Assembly: GCA_041565275.1 (NCBI GenBank)
Contig: JBFGVE010000004.1
Location: forward strand, 1 to 59,343
Origin: Bacteroidia bacterium
GTDB lineage: Bacteria; Bacteroidota; Bacteroidia; J057; JADKCL01
Direction: 5' to 3'
DNA length: 59,343 nt
Shown here: positions 30,041 through 41,271 of the stretch, in pieces
How the letters are laid out: each line of letters opens with the position of its first letter
How positions within the stretch are numbered: the first letter of the stretch is position 1
Position numbers and translations under genes: made by a program
Notes under the pieces: model-generated
What the model saw: the letters and a program-made list of their open reading frames with translations, nothing else
Told to the model about the DNA's origin: nothing
Databases searched by the model: none

Positions 30041-30070
30041 ACTACCTCTACACTCTGATCATTAGAAAAA

Positions 30071-31876
30071 CTATATCTTTTCGTTCCTCAACTCACGAAT
30101 GCGCTTTCGAACCGCAACGATGTACAAGCTCCCGGTATAGTTCCTAAGGAACTTAATATACAGTTTCATAGCTTCTTCTTTGTCATTCAGGGTAAAATCG
30201 TAAATCTGAGCTTTCTTGTACAGGGCATCGTCACCGTAAATATCAGTTGGGAATTCAGTGATGATACTTTCTAAGAACTCAAGGGTTTTTGGGATATTGT
30301 TCTTTTGCTCAAAGATGGAAGCTTTTTCCCACAGGATATCGTCAGTCAGAGTATGGTTAGGGAAGGCAAAAAGTATAGAATCCAGTAGTTCCAAAGCCGG
30401 GTCAAAGTCGCGTTGGAAAACCATAAGCTGAGCCTGAGCAAATTGTTCTAAAGCAGTCGTTGTGGTATCCAGCCCTATATTGTCTTGGATGACCAAAAAG
30501 AGTTGAATAGCATCATTGGAGATGTCATTGGAAGTATTGTCTTTGATGGTCTTGAGACGCGCCTTGGAATATTCAAAGTCACCCTTGAAATAGGAGAGGC
30601 GGCCCTGCTTGTACTTAGCCATAGCTCCGGTTTGTCCCTCCTTGAAAGCTTCAGCAACCGAATTATACCTGAGTTTACTTTTATTGTATTCTTTCTGCAT
30701 AAGCAATACGTCTCCGTAAAGTAGGTTGGCTTTGGCTGACAATTGAGGAGGAATGCCAAGGCTGAGGATCCTGTCGAGTTCTTCATTTGCTCCGGCAAGA
30801 TCAAAGAGATAAAAGGCTTGTAGATTTGCTTTGCGGTACATTGCCTCGAAATACTGGGGCAAGCGTCCGCGCTTGGTGAGTAAGTCCTCATAGGAATTGA
30901 CCGCTTCCCGAATCAGGCTTGTATCCAGGGGTAGGGTTTCAAAGGCAACCAGTTCTGTATTAACTGTTTTCTCTTGGTAGGCTTTATCACCAAAAGATGT
31001 ATTTTCATAGTTTTCGATGATGTAGTCCAGAGCCTTGTTGCTTAGCCTGTACTCCTTGTTGTTGCGGAGGGTCATAGCAAAATTATAAACCAGGGCTCCC
31101 TGGTTGTTTTGGAGCCGATCAATGGATTTGACCTGAGTGAAGGCCTCGTGGAAGTTCCCTATAAGAACATAGAATTCATAGATCAGATCGCGTAATTCCC
31201 GATCTTTGGAATTTTTTTGAACCTCTGCTAACAAAACTGTCTCGATCTCCTCTTTGGATTCATCATTTACAAGGTTGAGGATGTTAATTTTGATGATTTC
31301 AGCTCTTTCGAGCCGCTTCTGGAGCATGGTTAGATATTCCTGAGTAGCTAGGGTATATTCTCTTGCTTGGCCGTAAAGGTTAGCAATTTCACTTGAAAAG
31401 ACATATTTATCCTTCAAGGTTTTTCTAGCCTGAATATAGGATTGAAGAGCCAAGTCTTCACGGCCCTTTTTGTAATTGTATCCTCCGGCCTCCATGAACT
31501 CTGCCTCTGACCTTAAGTCGGAAAAGATTACCTTTTTTTCCATTTCAACTGCACCATCTGTGTCTCCGTTAAGACGCATTAGATCTGCCATCATAAATGA
31601 AAGAACATGGTCTTCGGGATTTTTTCGCATGGCCCTAGATAGGAAGTCAATCCCTTCTTCGTATTGTTCCAACTCCCTAAAGCAAGAAACGAGGCGCTGA
31701 TTGAAAAGCCTGACGGAGGGATCTTTTTTCTGTAGTTTGCTATAAAGGGCAAGCGCGTTTTGGTAATCCTCGTCTTTGTAATATTGTTCTGCCAACTCTA
31801 ACTCGCCTGTCTGGGCCATCTGCCAAACAGGTATAAAGGCCAGCAGAACCAAAATTACACCCTTACTCAAATTCAT
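30071..31876 (-). CDS. Periplasmic TPR protein
   Basis: Signal peptide, TPR helices, SNDISNDA and DIYGDDALY motifs. Confidence 0.88.
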   Translation of the reverse strand: MNLSKGVILVLLAFIPVWQMAQTGELELAEQYYKDEDYQNALALYSKLQKKDPSVRLFNQRLVSCFRELEQYEEGIDFLSRAMRKNPEDHVLSFMMADLMRLNGDTDGAVEMEKKVIFSDLRSEAEFMEAGGYNYKKGREDLALQSYIQARKTLKDKYVFSSEIANLYGQAREYTLATQEYLTMLQKRLERAEIIKINILNLVNDESKEEIETVLLAEVQKNSKDRELRDLIYEFYVLIGNFHEAFTQVKSIDRLQNNQGALVYNFAMTLRNNKEYRLSNKALDYIIENYENTSFGDKAYQEKTVNTELVAFETLPLDTSLIREAVNSYEDLLTKRGRLPQYFEAMYRKANLQAFYLFDLAGANEELDRILSLGIPPQLSAKANLLYGDVLLMQKEYNKSKLRYNSVAEAFKEGQTGAMAKYKQGRLSYFKGDFEYSKARLKTIKDNTSNDISNDAIQLFLVIQDNIGLDTTTTALEQFAQAQLMVFQRDFDPALELLDSILFAFPNHTLTDDILWEKASIFEQKNNIPKTLEFLESIITEFPTDIYGDDALYKKAQIYDFTLNDKEEAMKLYIKFLRNYTGSLYIVAVRKRIRELRNEKI

Positions 31877-31939
31877 AATTTCGATTTTCTTTTGGAAGGT
31901 AACGGACCTGCCGTCTCCTTTATTTTTTATCCATAAACG

Positions 31940-31973
31940 AAAATCCCGGAACCAGGCTCACTGATTCCGGGAC
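31940..31973 (-). terminator. Probable terminator after gcvH
   Basis: TCCCGGAA...TTCCGGGA stem followed by TTTT on the minus strand. Confidence 0.55.
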
Positions 31974-32002
31974 TCCAATATACACATATTCACAAATCGG
32001 TC

Positions 32003-32386
32003 TTAGTGGCCGATTTGATCTTTGTATGCTTCTACGTCCAGCAGGGATTTTACTTGATCGGGATTGCCAATAGAGATCCTGATCAACCAGCCTTCACCAT
32101 AGGGATCGTTGTTAACCAGTTCAGGATCATCAACTAAAGCCTCATTAAATTCAGTCACCTTCCCATCAACCGGCATGAAAAGGTCGGAGACCGTCTTAAC
32201 CGCTTCGACGGAGCCAAAGGATTTATGCTGTTCAAGGATTTCATCTACACTCTCCACGTCCAGATAAACAATATCACCGAGCTCCTTAGCTGCATATGCA
32301 GTGATACCAACAGTTGCAGTATCGTCGTCATTTACCCGTATCCATTCGTGGTCCTCTGTGTATTTCAGATCTTCAGGAAATTCCAT
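32003..32386 (-). CDS. gcvH: Glycine cleavage system H protein
   Basis: YTEDHEW, LGDIVY, VEAVKTVSD (lipoyl-Lys) and NNDPYGEGW motifs. Confidence 0.97.
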   Translation of the reverse strand: MEFPEDLKYTEDHEWIRVNDDDTATVGITAYAAKELGDIVYLDVESVDEILEQHKSFGSVEAVKTVSDLFMPVDGKVTEFNEALVDDPELVNNDPYGEGWLIRISIGNPDQVKSLLDVEAYKDQIGH

Positions 32387-32511
32387 AGTGAAGTTAAAAT
32401 TTAATGAGGCTCGAATCTAGTGTTTTTGCTGGAAAAACACCAACCTAATAAGCGGAGGAACAAGGGAGATTACCATTCACACTTCCATAATAACCAAAGA
32501 AAGTTACCCTC

Positions 32512-35500
32512 TTAATTCGCGAGGGTAAATCGAACCTGGAACCCGACAGCTGTGTAAGAACTTGGGAAAGAAGTCGAAATGGCAGGTCTATTCCGGTTAT
32601 GTTCGATGTAGAACCGGAGATTGATCCTGTTATTGAGAACATAGTCAACACTAGGCTTTACGATCAATTGAAAGTTACCTCCCGTGATCTCAGAGTTGGC
32701 TGAATTGTCAAGACGTCTGTTCCTCGTCTTTGTATCTCGGAGGGTGATATCCAATCGGGAGTTAAGCTGATTTTGCATATTGATGGTTTTGCCAAACAGC
32801 CGGAAGGTCTTTTCGAAGCGGTCCTTCCGGTAAGCCAGTCCAATGGTGAAGTCTTTGCTCCGTTGTTCTGTCAACTGGATATTGGTCATACTAAGGTTCA
32901 CGTTACGGGTCATTTTTAAGTCAACATTGGCAGAAAGTCCATTAACGAATTTCACATTGACACCTGCCAAGGGGGCGAAACTCTCTGAGAAAGAAACCGA
33001 AGGAACCACATACTGACTTTCAATATTGTAGAATGTATCTCCAGGGGCGATGATATCTGCTGGGTAGAACTCTGAAGAAAACCCTTCATCACTTCCTGTA
33101 TAGCGGACGTTCTGGGTAAAGCCCCCAACATTGTACAGACCCCTGTAGCCGTGACGGATAGTGACCGACCGAAAAGTCTTTTTGAGTGACTCGATCTTAC
33201 CCAAGCCATTGTAGTTGATGTTCCAGTTGGGGAGTGGAATGGCTGGGAAGGCGGATAGGTCTCCTCCTCGTTTAAACTTTCCAGCTCCATAAGCCATGCG
33301 GAATGCTGGGAGCAAGACTTCTTGGGAACTGGGTGAATAGCCCTGGGCATAGCCATCTCTCACCGCTTGGTTCGGGTCAATCCCTGCGCTATCCAAAAAC
33401 TGATCATAAAAGGGGTTCCTGGTCGCCAATTCATTTGAGATGTCATAACGAAGGCTTTCCATAGAAGTAAAACTATTCGAAGCAGGGATGTTTCTCTCGA
33501 AAGCCGTACCGATGAAAATATAACTGGTGGAATACTGCCCGTTCAGGAGGCGATTGTTGTGTGCCCAGCCCTCGGTAAGGGTATCATAGCTGAAGATCTC
33601 TGAATAATTCTGAGAAGATGTCCGAGATGCGTTCAGGTCAATTTTGAAATCCTGGAACAAGGTTGCCGCTACTCTTGGAGACAAATTTTCTGTCCAAGTC
33701 GCATTAAAGGGAGTCACCAGATTAGAACTCGAAGAGATCCAGCCATTTTCTCCCCATTGGTCCAGGAAGTTCGTAGGGTTGTCAAGCTCGGCAATCGAGT
33801 TTTCTTGCCATCCAAATACAAAGGGGAGCCCTGGTGCCATCAATGGGCTTTGAGTAAGGTTGTCCGTCTGCGGGTCAATATAGCGGTAGTTAAAGTCCAG
33901 ACCGAAATTGTCCGTTTGAGGTTGATAACCTGCAATTCCTGTACTCATGCTTTGATTGTAATCAAGGTTGACACTCTTGATCGACATCAACAAGCGTCCA
34001 ATCTGTTTTCCAATCTTGCTGAAGATAGACGGACCCTTCTCTACCGAATCTTGTTTCGCCGCCTCTTCTCCGGGAGGGTTGGACTCACTTAAACGGCTAC
34101 GCAGTTTGGGTACAGTCTGGTCATTCCGAGGTTTATTTTCTAGGATTTTCCTCAGAAATCCGATCTTATTGTAAAGACTTTCAAAATTTAGACGGACATT
34201 TCCCTGGATACTTTGCGAATTATTGACTTGGTTGCCCAGCTCCATGTTATTATCTGGTGCTGCAGTCCAACTATATCCACCCTGGTAGGAACCAGAGCCA
34301 GAAATCCAGTTGGTCAGGTTGAACTGGTCAAAAGGGAGGGCGTAGTTGATACCTAGGTTTTGGCTGAAGCGTAGATTCCGACCAAAATTTACCTTTTTGT
34401 CTTTGCCCAATTGGTAGAGGCCAGTTGTATCATTTGTTTCAGCACCGATGCTGAGCAGGTTGCCCCATAGAGAATCCTGGTTAGCTTCTGTCAATTCACC
34501 AAATGGCTCATCCACTCGGCCGATATTGTTTGCTGTATAGTTTAGACTCAGACTCTTAGTCAGATCCCAGCGAAGGTTGTAACTCCGACTGAGGGTAAAG
34601 TTCTTCTGGTAGGTGGGGCGAATAGGAATTCCGTTTGCAGTGGGTCGAATAATGTTTTTCTCGTAGCGGCGATCACCTGCGACCATCATGGTAAAGGTTT
34701 TAGGTAGCAAGTAAAAGTTGAAGGCTGTGATCAGGTTCTTATTTTTCGCATTCTTAAAGGGTTCGACGAGTTTTGGATTGAAGTTGTAACCGTAGGCCAC
34801 TGAACCCCGGTAGTTCCTTTGAAGATTCTCCAACAATCGGTGATTGGTATGCAGCACCTCGTTGAAAGAAGCCGAAATAGTGAAATTTTCAACGGCCCAA
34901 GGGAAGGTCCGGTTCTTTTCATTCGGTTTGGCCCCTTTCTTAGACACCTTGACCTTTCGAATATTGTTTAAGGAGATACTTCTGTTGACTCTCCGGTCTA
35001 TTAAAGCCTCCAGAAGCGTATCCCTGACATTTTCTTCAGAATTAGCGATATAATTGCTCATCAGGACATCAGCTTCCAAGGGGTTGTATTGTGGGGTAAT
35101 TGTTCGCTCACCATACGTAACATAAAGGGGAAGTTGAATGCCCCAGTTCTTTGGGAAGAATTTTCCCAGGTTGAAGTTACCTGTAACGTCCCAGATCGCT
35201 GTTGTTTCCCGGGATCGGTTATTGATACGTTGTTCAATTGAACCAAACCCAGGGGTCATATAACTACCAGAAGCACTGATGGTAGCAAAATCGGCTAGTT
35301 TGATGCTGGCACGTGCATTGGCAGCCCAGCCGGAGCGCTCGTTGAAGTCGACTAGTCTCAATTCATTCATCCAGACCTCAGTGCAGATGTCTCCTGCACC
35401 ATCATTCTCATTGCGGATTCCCACCATAATAGTTTTGACATCACTGAGTTTGGGAGTACCAACAATGTAGACCCTATGGGAATCCGGTATAATAGAGTTC

Positions 35501-38500
35501 TGTCCGCCTTCATAGAGGAAACGATTGATCACCGGCCAGTTTTGAGCATTGCGAATTGCCTTGATGTCTGGTAGTTCAAGCAGGTTGATGTCAAACTGGT
35601 TCCGCCAGATATTCAAGGTATCGTTCGGGCCAGATAAATCAGAGGCCTTTAAAGGGATCTCATATTCGTAATAATTACTCCTTGTATCCGACCCCAATCG
35701 AATAAAGGCTCTTAGTTCTCCTTCTTCCCACATTCGCTCTCCAGGTACGTGTTCAGAGTGGACCCACATTTTTAATCGTTCGTATGACCGCATATCAAAG
35801 TTGGTAAGCTTGAAAGCTCCTCTGGCATCTCCATCATCGAGCCCGCAAGCACGCATGACGAGGGATTGCTCATTTTGTAGGAGTCCAGGTTGGGGACTGG
35901 AGATTTGCTGCTGCCGGAGGATACCAGGAGGGAGGATATAGTTAAATGGCTCGCGGTTGCCATTTTGCTCTATGTTAACAGTACCGATCTCAAAACTGCT
36001 GTTGGGGTCGGGATCGGGAACCAAAGTATCGGTTTCAAGGCCTAGATGGTCACGAAAGGTACGCCAGGTGGTGGAGACCAACTGGAAGCGTGCAAAGCGG
36101 AGTACCACTTCTTCTTCCCAACCTTTGAGGTACATCCGGATAAATTCGATCGCTTTGAAGTTCTGTATATTGTTGATTGGTATCCCGGCTTGTAGCGGAA
36201 TCCGGAATTGATACCAATTTATATTGTCGGTCTCGCCATTGACCAGACGGATTTCGGAAGGGATGACGTCCACGATAAAGTTCTTGCCGATCTCCATTTC
36301 AGAGGGGCGTAAGCTCATTTTGTATTCATAATACTCTTCATTGGAGTTAAGAGTGCCATTGAGGTTAAGATCTTCAGTATCGGGATTGGGTGACCCTTGG
36401 GTAGAAAAGCCATTTTGAGTGGCATTGAGAGGTGTATTTCCTTCTTGGCCATTGAAAGCCATATAGCGATCCAGAATGCCGAGGCCATTCCAGAGATCTC
36501 CACGGAAGTATTCGTAGTTGTCCCCGGAGGGGTCAGTTAGGGTCTGAATATAGGAAGGTGCTCCCGTTCCGTGGAGTGCGGCCAGTGTGTCAACAAATGT
36601 TTTAAAGTGTATTAACTCATCTTCATTTCGGAGACCGTCCAGGCCTACGTCCTGGTATTCGCGTGCTTCCGGCTCATTGTTAAATGAGTTAGTCGGAGGA
36701 GTAGTATTAGGGTAGCGGCCCCATGAGGTGACACTGTAACTGCTGGTATCTGTAGGATTAGCAGGAAGTCCATTTTCAAAGTTCCGGTTATTGTCTTTAA
36801 CGATATCTTCGCTGATTTGACCGAGATCAATATAGAATTCACCTCCCTTAGGTTGCCCGGCATTATCGATAAAAGGATCGAGCAACCAGAATTCGATAAA
36901 TTCAAAATTGGCAGCCTCAAAATCGGTGTTGCCACTGGTACGGCGTTGGATACCAGCCCAGGAAAGGGTTGGATCCACAAATTTATTGTTGGAATTGATC
37001 AGGTTAGGGTCGACGGCATAGTTGTAGGGACCACGGTCTTCAGGGAGAAAGTGGAGGTCAAATGTTCGCTGAAGGTTGTCACCGGTAATGTTCGTTTGGT
37101 TGGGGAAAACTTCATTGGGAGTAACCTGGCGGGTATAGTGATTGCTCAAGTCTGCTTCCGGAAAGTCTTCATTGTTGTTGCCGTAGTAGAAACTTGGGTC
37201 AATAGAGTACCAGGCAAGTTTGGATCTGCTAAATCCGGGGGCCAGGGTATCATTCCAGCCTGATGGTGGCTCGTACATGTCATTGAAGCCATTGTCACCC
37301 GGGAAGGAAGCATAACTCCAGGCCCTGAACCCAGTCAGGTCAAAGGTGGTCTTTGCGCTTTCGAAATCATCTACATAAGCTATCCCTTCCTCTCCATTGA
37401 CTTCGATTGCCTTTGGATGACCCGGTACCAGCATGGCAAATTCACCACCTGCGTTTAAGGTGGAAATTTCATTTGTCTGGATCAATGGGATTTTATCGAC
37501 CAGTCTGGTCAGAAAGCGGGAGTCCTTACGTACATTACCGTCAACGCCCCAGATCAAATTGGACAGCGGCTCATCGCCTATATTGACTTTGTTGGTAAGG
37601 GGGCGCTCATTGAGGTGAAGGACAGTCGCACCAAATTGGACATCTTGACTGACGACATAGTCAAGTCGGGTACCAACCAGTGTCTTAGTTTCAATCCCAA
37701 ACAAGGTATTGGTTTCAAAATCAACCTTGATCTCTTGCCCAGAGGTAAGGATACCCTGGTTGAGGATGACTACTTTTCCAATATTGTAATCTACCTGGTA
37801 GTCAATTCCTTCATTGAGAAGGATACCGTTTGCTGTAACCCGGACAGATCCCCGCGCGACATTGATGGAATTCAGGGTAATTTCTGAGCTGCTTGATCCC
37901 TGATAAATCCCCTGAATGTAATAACGGTCCTTATCGGTGGCATAGTTCAGAGCATCCTGACGGGTAGAGGAGTACATCTCGCTAAAGACGTACTTGTCGA
38001 TTTCTTCCTCATCATTTTCAAGCTTCTTTTCCAGGTGGGTACCGAAAGGCTCCAAGACCGGGAAAATGATCAGGCCCTTATCTGGTTGGATGGTGATGTT
38101 GGTGAGAAAGTCAAAGATTCCGTCAGGGCCTGCTTGGTTGTTATTCTGCAAAGTGTCCATGCCAAATACCTGAAGCAAAGGAACGTTCTTCTGAGGTCCT
38201 GTGGGTAACAAGGGGATATCGCCGGCTGAGGTACGGGAGTCAAACATAATTTCCAGTCGGAAATTGTTGGAAGTGATTCCGTAACCACCAATATTGTAGA
38301 TGTTCTTCATCATTAGGTCCCAGGTGGGGAAAGGATCACCATTGTAAAGGGGGCGTACCTGAGCCGGTTTGATCATTTTTAGAAACAAGACATTGGAGTT
38401 TAATTCATTGGCTTGCTTGCCATTGTCAAGGGAAAAGTCCCCTACTTGATAGACACTGCCTCCGAGCATGTATTCATATGAAACAAATAATACCTGATTG

Positions 38501-39942
38501 GCCTGCAGGGGAGAATTTAAAGATAGATAGCCCAATTGAGGATGAATTCGGAATTCATTGGGATTCAGTTTCCGCATATTTTCTACCTTCACGAAGTCGA
38601 CACCATTTTCCAAGCCAATTTTTCCAATCAGTGCTTGTTCAACTGTAGACTTATCTGAATATACCGGATCACTTTCCAAAATACTCTTAAGTATATTGGC
38701 GTTGTTGTCCGGATAGGAGTTGTAGCTGGTCAGTGTATCCCTGAAGAGTACGCCTCGTTCATTCGGGTATCCAGGGTTGGGGATCTGTTCTGTTTCTCCA
38801 AGGTCTACAAAGCCTACTGCATTTCGATTGTCTACGGTTGATGAAGAATTATTGTTAGTAATCCATGCTTCTATTCGTGTAATGGTAATAGGAGTGTTGA
38901 TGGTGGGGCGGGTTTTAAGAGCACGTTCATACTGTGAACGGAACCAGTGACTTATGAAGAAGTGACGATTCTCATCGTAGTCAATGGCTTTTTTGCTGAA
39001 TTCAGTTTCTTGAGCACCACCGGGAGCTTTGATACTCTGTGTCCTTCCTTTCTGTTGGGAAGCAATAGCCGTCACCAAAAGGGGCCCAAACTTTAGAGCA
39101 ACCTTCACACCGAAAAGGTTTTGTCCACCTTGGATCAAGGAACTGTTCAGTGGGAGGCTCACATTTCCAGCTTCAATTTTTTGGATAATTTCATCTTCTG
39201 TGCCAGCAAATTCCAGTTTGAGCTGATTTTCAAAGTCAAATGTCGCCTGGGTGTCCCAATTGGCATTGAGGCGCAGCTTTTCTCCGATCTTACCCACGAC
39301 ATTGAGTTGGATGTTTTGGTCGAATCTAAAGTTGGCAGTACGCTGTTGACGAATAGGTAGAGAAGTGTTACCATTGCGGTTGAACTCAGCACCAAGATCA
39401 AGAAGAGCGGTACCGTTGGGGCGAATTTCGACTGATCCTCCACCAAAAAGATCCTTGAAGGCTTCCGAATTAATGGCAAATTTGGGTGCCAATGCATTGT
39501 TGGAAATTTCCTCTGTACTTCCCGCTGCACGCGCCCTCCAGTGATCGTGAATTAAGTTTTTCCGCCTAAAGGTGATATAATCTTCATTGCTAATAAAACT
39601 AGGAAGAGAAATGTCAATGCCTCCCACACGCTCGTGGATGTAGAACCCATCACCCTCCGGCGTCATTTCAAAGTCTATTTCAATATTGTTGGGCGGAGGA
39701 ACGTTGAATGGATTGTCATCAATGGGGTCCATAGTAGGGTCTCCATTGCCCAAGGAAGGGTCGGGAGGAGGCGTATCAGTGGGCATGACGATCAAGAGAC
39801 AATCATCATAATTCCCTGTATAAAAACTGCTGTTATCCGAATAGGCCAGGAAGTTAGCACCCTGCACATCGTTCTTCTCTACCCCCGCCATACAGAGGAA
39901 AAGAAGCAAAGCAAAGACGGTTATTCTATTGATTTGGATCAA
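32512..39942 (-). CDS. sprA: T9SS translocon SprA (Sov)
   Basis: 2476 aa, FDFENQLKL...EDEIIQKIEAGNVS, WDLMMKNIY, YVDDFE, QDVGLDG, WYQFRIP and EVWMNELR motifs; ruvA/gcvH context. A TATATTTG box lies on the minus strand at 40079-40086. Confidence 0.97.
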   Translation of the reverse strand: MIQINRITVFALLLFLCMAGVEKNDVQGANFLAYSDNSSFYTGNYDDCLLIVMPTDTPPPDPSLGNGDPTMDPIDDNPFNVPPPNNIEIDFEMTPEGDGFYIHERVGGIDISLPSFISNEDYITFRRKNLIHDHWRARAAGSTEEISNNALAPKFAINSEAFKDLFGGGSVEIRPNGTALLDLGAEFNRNGNTSLPIRQQRTANFRFDQNIQLNVVGKIGEKLRLNANWDTQATFDFENQLKLEFAGTEDEIIQKIEAGNVSLPLNSSLIQGGQNLFGVKVALKFGPLLVTAIASQQKGRTQSIKAPGGAQETEFSKKAIDYDENRHFFISHWFRSQYERALKTRPTINTPITITRIEAWITNNNSSSTVDNRNAVGFVDLGETEQIPNPGYPNERGVLFRDTLTSYNSYPDNNANILKSILESDPVYSDKSTVEQALIGKIGLENGVDFVKVENMRKLNPNEFRIHPQLGYLSLNSPLQANQVLFVSYEYMLGGSVYQVGDFSLDNGKQANELNSNVLFLKMIKPAQVRPLYNGDPFPTWDLMMKNIYNIGGYGITSNNFRLEIMFDSRTSAGDIPLLPTGPQKNVPLLQVFGMDTLQNNNQAGPDGIFDFLTNITIQPDKGLIIFPVLEPFGTHLEKKLENDEEEIDKYVFSEMYSSTRQDALNYATDKDRYYIQGIYQGSSSSEITLNSINVARGSVRVTANGILLNEGIDYQVDYNIGKVVILNQGILTSGQEIKVDFETNTLFGIETKTLVGTRLDYVVSQDVQFGATVLHLNERPLTNKVNIGDEPLSNLIWGVDGNVRKDSRFLTRLVDKIPLIQTNEISTLNAGGEFAMLVPGHPKAIEVNGEEGIAYVDDFESAKTTFDLTGFRAWSYASFPGDNGFNDMYEPPSGWNDTLAPGFSRSKLAWYSIDPSFYYGNNNEDFPEADLSNHYTRQVTPNEVFPNQTNITGDNLQRTFDLHFLPEDRGPYNYAVDPNLINSNNKFVDPTLSWAGIQRRTSGNTDFEAANFEFIEFWLLDPFIDNAGQPKGGEFYIDLGQISEDIVKDNNRNFENGLPANPTDTSSYSVTSWGRYPNTTPPTNSFNNEPEAREYQDVGLDGLRNEDELIHFKTFVDTLAALHGTGAPSYIQTLTDPSGDNYEYFRGDLWNGLGILDRYMAFNGQEGNTPLNATQNGFSTQGSPNPDTEDLNLNGTLNSNEEYYEYKMSLRPSEMEIGKNFIVDVIPSEIRLVNGETDNINWYQFRIPLQAGIPINNIQNFKAIEFIRMYLKGWEEEVVLRFARFQLVSTTWRTFRDHLGLETDTLVPDPDPNSSFEIGTVNIEQNGNREPFNYILPPGILRQQQISSPQPGLLQNEQSLVMRACGLDDGDARGAFKLTNFDMRSYERLKMWVHSEHVPGERMWEEGELRAFIRLGSDTRSNYYEYEIPLKASDLSGPNDTLNIWRNQFDINLLELPDIKAIRNAQNWPVINRFLYEGGQNSIIPDSHRVYIVGTPKLSDVKTIMVGIRNENDGAGDICTEVWMNELRLVDFNERSGWAANARASIKLADFATISASGSYMTPGFGSIEQRINNRSRETTAIWDVTGNFNLGKFFPKNWGIQLPLYVTYGERTITPQYNPLEADVLMSNYIANSEENVRDTLLEALIDRRVNRSISLNNIRKVKVSKKGAKPNEKNRTFPWAVENFTISASFNEVLHTNHRLLENLQRNYRGSVAYGYNFNPKLVEPFKNAKNKNLITAFNFYLLPKTFTMMVAGDRRYEKNIIRPTANGIPIRPTYQKNFTLSRSYNLRWDLTKSLSLNYTANNIGRVDEPFGELTEANQDSLWGNLLSIGAETNDTTGLYQLGKDKKVNFGRNLRFSQNLGINYALPFDQFNLTNWISGSGSYQGGYSWTAAPDNNMELGNQVNNSQSIQGNVRLNFESLYNKIGFLRKILENKPRNDQTVPKLRSRLSESNPPGEEAAKQDSVEKGPSIFSKIGKQIGRLLMSIKSVNLDYNQSMSTGIAGYQPQTDNFGLDFNYRYIDPQTDNLTQSPLMAPGLPFVFGWQENSIAELDNPTNFLDQWGENGWISSSSNLVTPFNATWTENLSPRVAATLFQDFKIDLNASRTSSQNYSEIFSYDTLTEGWAHNNRLLNGQYSTSYIFIGTAFERNIPASNSFTSMESLRYDISNELATRNPFYDQFLDSAGIDPNQAVRDGYAQGYSPSSQEVLLPAFRMAYGAGKFKRGGDLSAFPAIPLPNWNINYNGLGKIESLKKTFRSVTIRHGYRGLYNVGGFTQNVRYTGSDEGFSSEFYPADIIAPGDTFYNIESQYVVPSVSFSESFAPLAGVNVKFVNGLSANVDLKMTRNVNLSMTNIQLTEQRSKDFTIGLAYRKDRFEKTFRLFGKTINMQNQLNSRLDITLRDTKTRNRRLDNSANSEITGGNFQLIVKPSVDYVLNNRINLRFYIEHNRNRPAISTSFPSSYTAVGFQVRFTLAN

Positions 39943-40176
39943 ACTATATCGTCTCTTTGGAACAAAGAATAATACTCATCCAAAAATTATGTATGAGAGG
40001 GTATAGTTTTAGATCATAGGCCGGAACATTATACTAAGTAGTTTCCCAATCGTAAATCGATACTTTCACTGCGTTTTGCAAATATAGAATTTTTAACCTT
40101 CGAGGAAAGGGTAAAAAGCATTGGAGGGCACAATAAACGAGTCTAAGGAAGAAAGATTGGTTGATAGCAAAAGACC

Positions 40177-41028
40177 TTAGTGTTCAGCACTGAAGGAGGT
40201 TTCTAACTTATCGTTGATGTCAACTATGAAATGGCCTGTGATCAAGTCCTCAGATAAACCTTCTGGTATTTCAAAGTGCATGCCCATATCATGGGCATAG
40301 CTCAGAATTGCTATCATGGGAACCAAGGTTTCAATAGAAGAATGCTGTCCAAACTCTTTTCTGAATGAAATAATTTCTTTCAACCTGAGATTGAACTTGC
40401 TTTCGTCTCCTTCCATCACTGGCTTCCACAAGGGGAAGTAAGAGTGGTAGTGAGTAGCATAGTTCATTGGTATTTTAGTTAAAACCTGAGCCGAACGATT
40501 CAGAAAAATTTCCATTTGAGGGGTCTCCAATTGGCGGAGGAAATGGTAGTAAATGACCCTGAACTCATCGAAAATATTGTTTTGTAAAAATTGCCGGGTA
40601 TAAGGCAGCATCCGGAAATCAGACATGAACATTCTTGAGCGACATATCAAACCAAAGTAAAATCCCATTTCCCAAACCTTGTAGCTACGACGCCTACTGG
40701 TGTATACATCGAATTTTCTGTGTTCTGCACCAAGCTGAAAATTGAGGGTTCCTGACTCTTTGGCATACATGTGTGCCTCCAGGCGATAACTCTGAAGTAT
40801 CAATTGCAGAGCGGCTTCGACTCTATTGAGGTCGATGTTCATCTCTTTTTGGGCTTCCAGAACAAAATCTGTGCAGAGTGCAATCAGGTAATCCAATTCT
40901 GGATGACCTTCAAGACAGCGGCTGAATTGTAGCGGAATACGCTCTTCGCACAGACTTTTTAGCCGACTCTCGCTTTGAGCTGATTTAACTGAGTCGGGTT
41001 GGGGGGTATTTTTGGTCTTGGACTTCAT
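40177..41028 (-). CDS. Imm49-like polymorphic-toxin immunity protein (putative)
   Basis: WEMGFYFGLICR, GDESKFNLRLKEII and PMIAILSYAHDMGMHFEI...EDLITG resemble the Imm49 C-terminal pattern. It has its own TAAATTTG box (minus strand, 41089-41096). Confidence 0.6.
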   Translation of the reverse strand: MKSKTKNTPQPDSVKSAQSESRLKSLCEERIPLQFSRCLEGHPELDYLIALCTDFVLEAQKEMNIDLNRVEAALQLILQSYRLEAHMYAKESGTLNFQLGAEHRKFDVYTSRRRSYKVWEMGFYFGLICRSRMFMSDFRMLPYTRQFLQNNIFDEFRVIYYHFLRQLETPQMEIFLNRSAQVLTKIPMNYATHYHSYFPLWKPVMEGDESKFNLRLKEIISFRKEFGQHSSIETLVPMIAILSYAHDMGMHFEIPEGLSEDLITGHFIVDINDKLETSFSAEH

Positions 41029-41271
41029 AGTAATAATCGGGGTACAAAAAATATATCATCCTTTACTTCCAACAACAGATTTAATATACAAATTTATATG
41101 TTATACCGCCCTTTTACTATTTGCGAATTCTTATAAATAAAACCAGGATAAAATCTCAAAAAATGTATCATGTGAAGTATGAAAGGCCGATCTACTTATA
41201 ATACTTTTTTGCAGTAACTATTTATTTTTCCCGATGTTCTAGTCTACTTAGAACTGTGGAGAAAAGATCTG

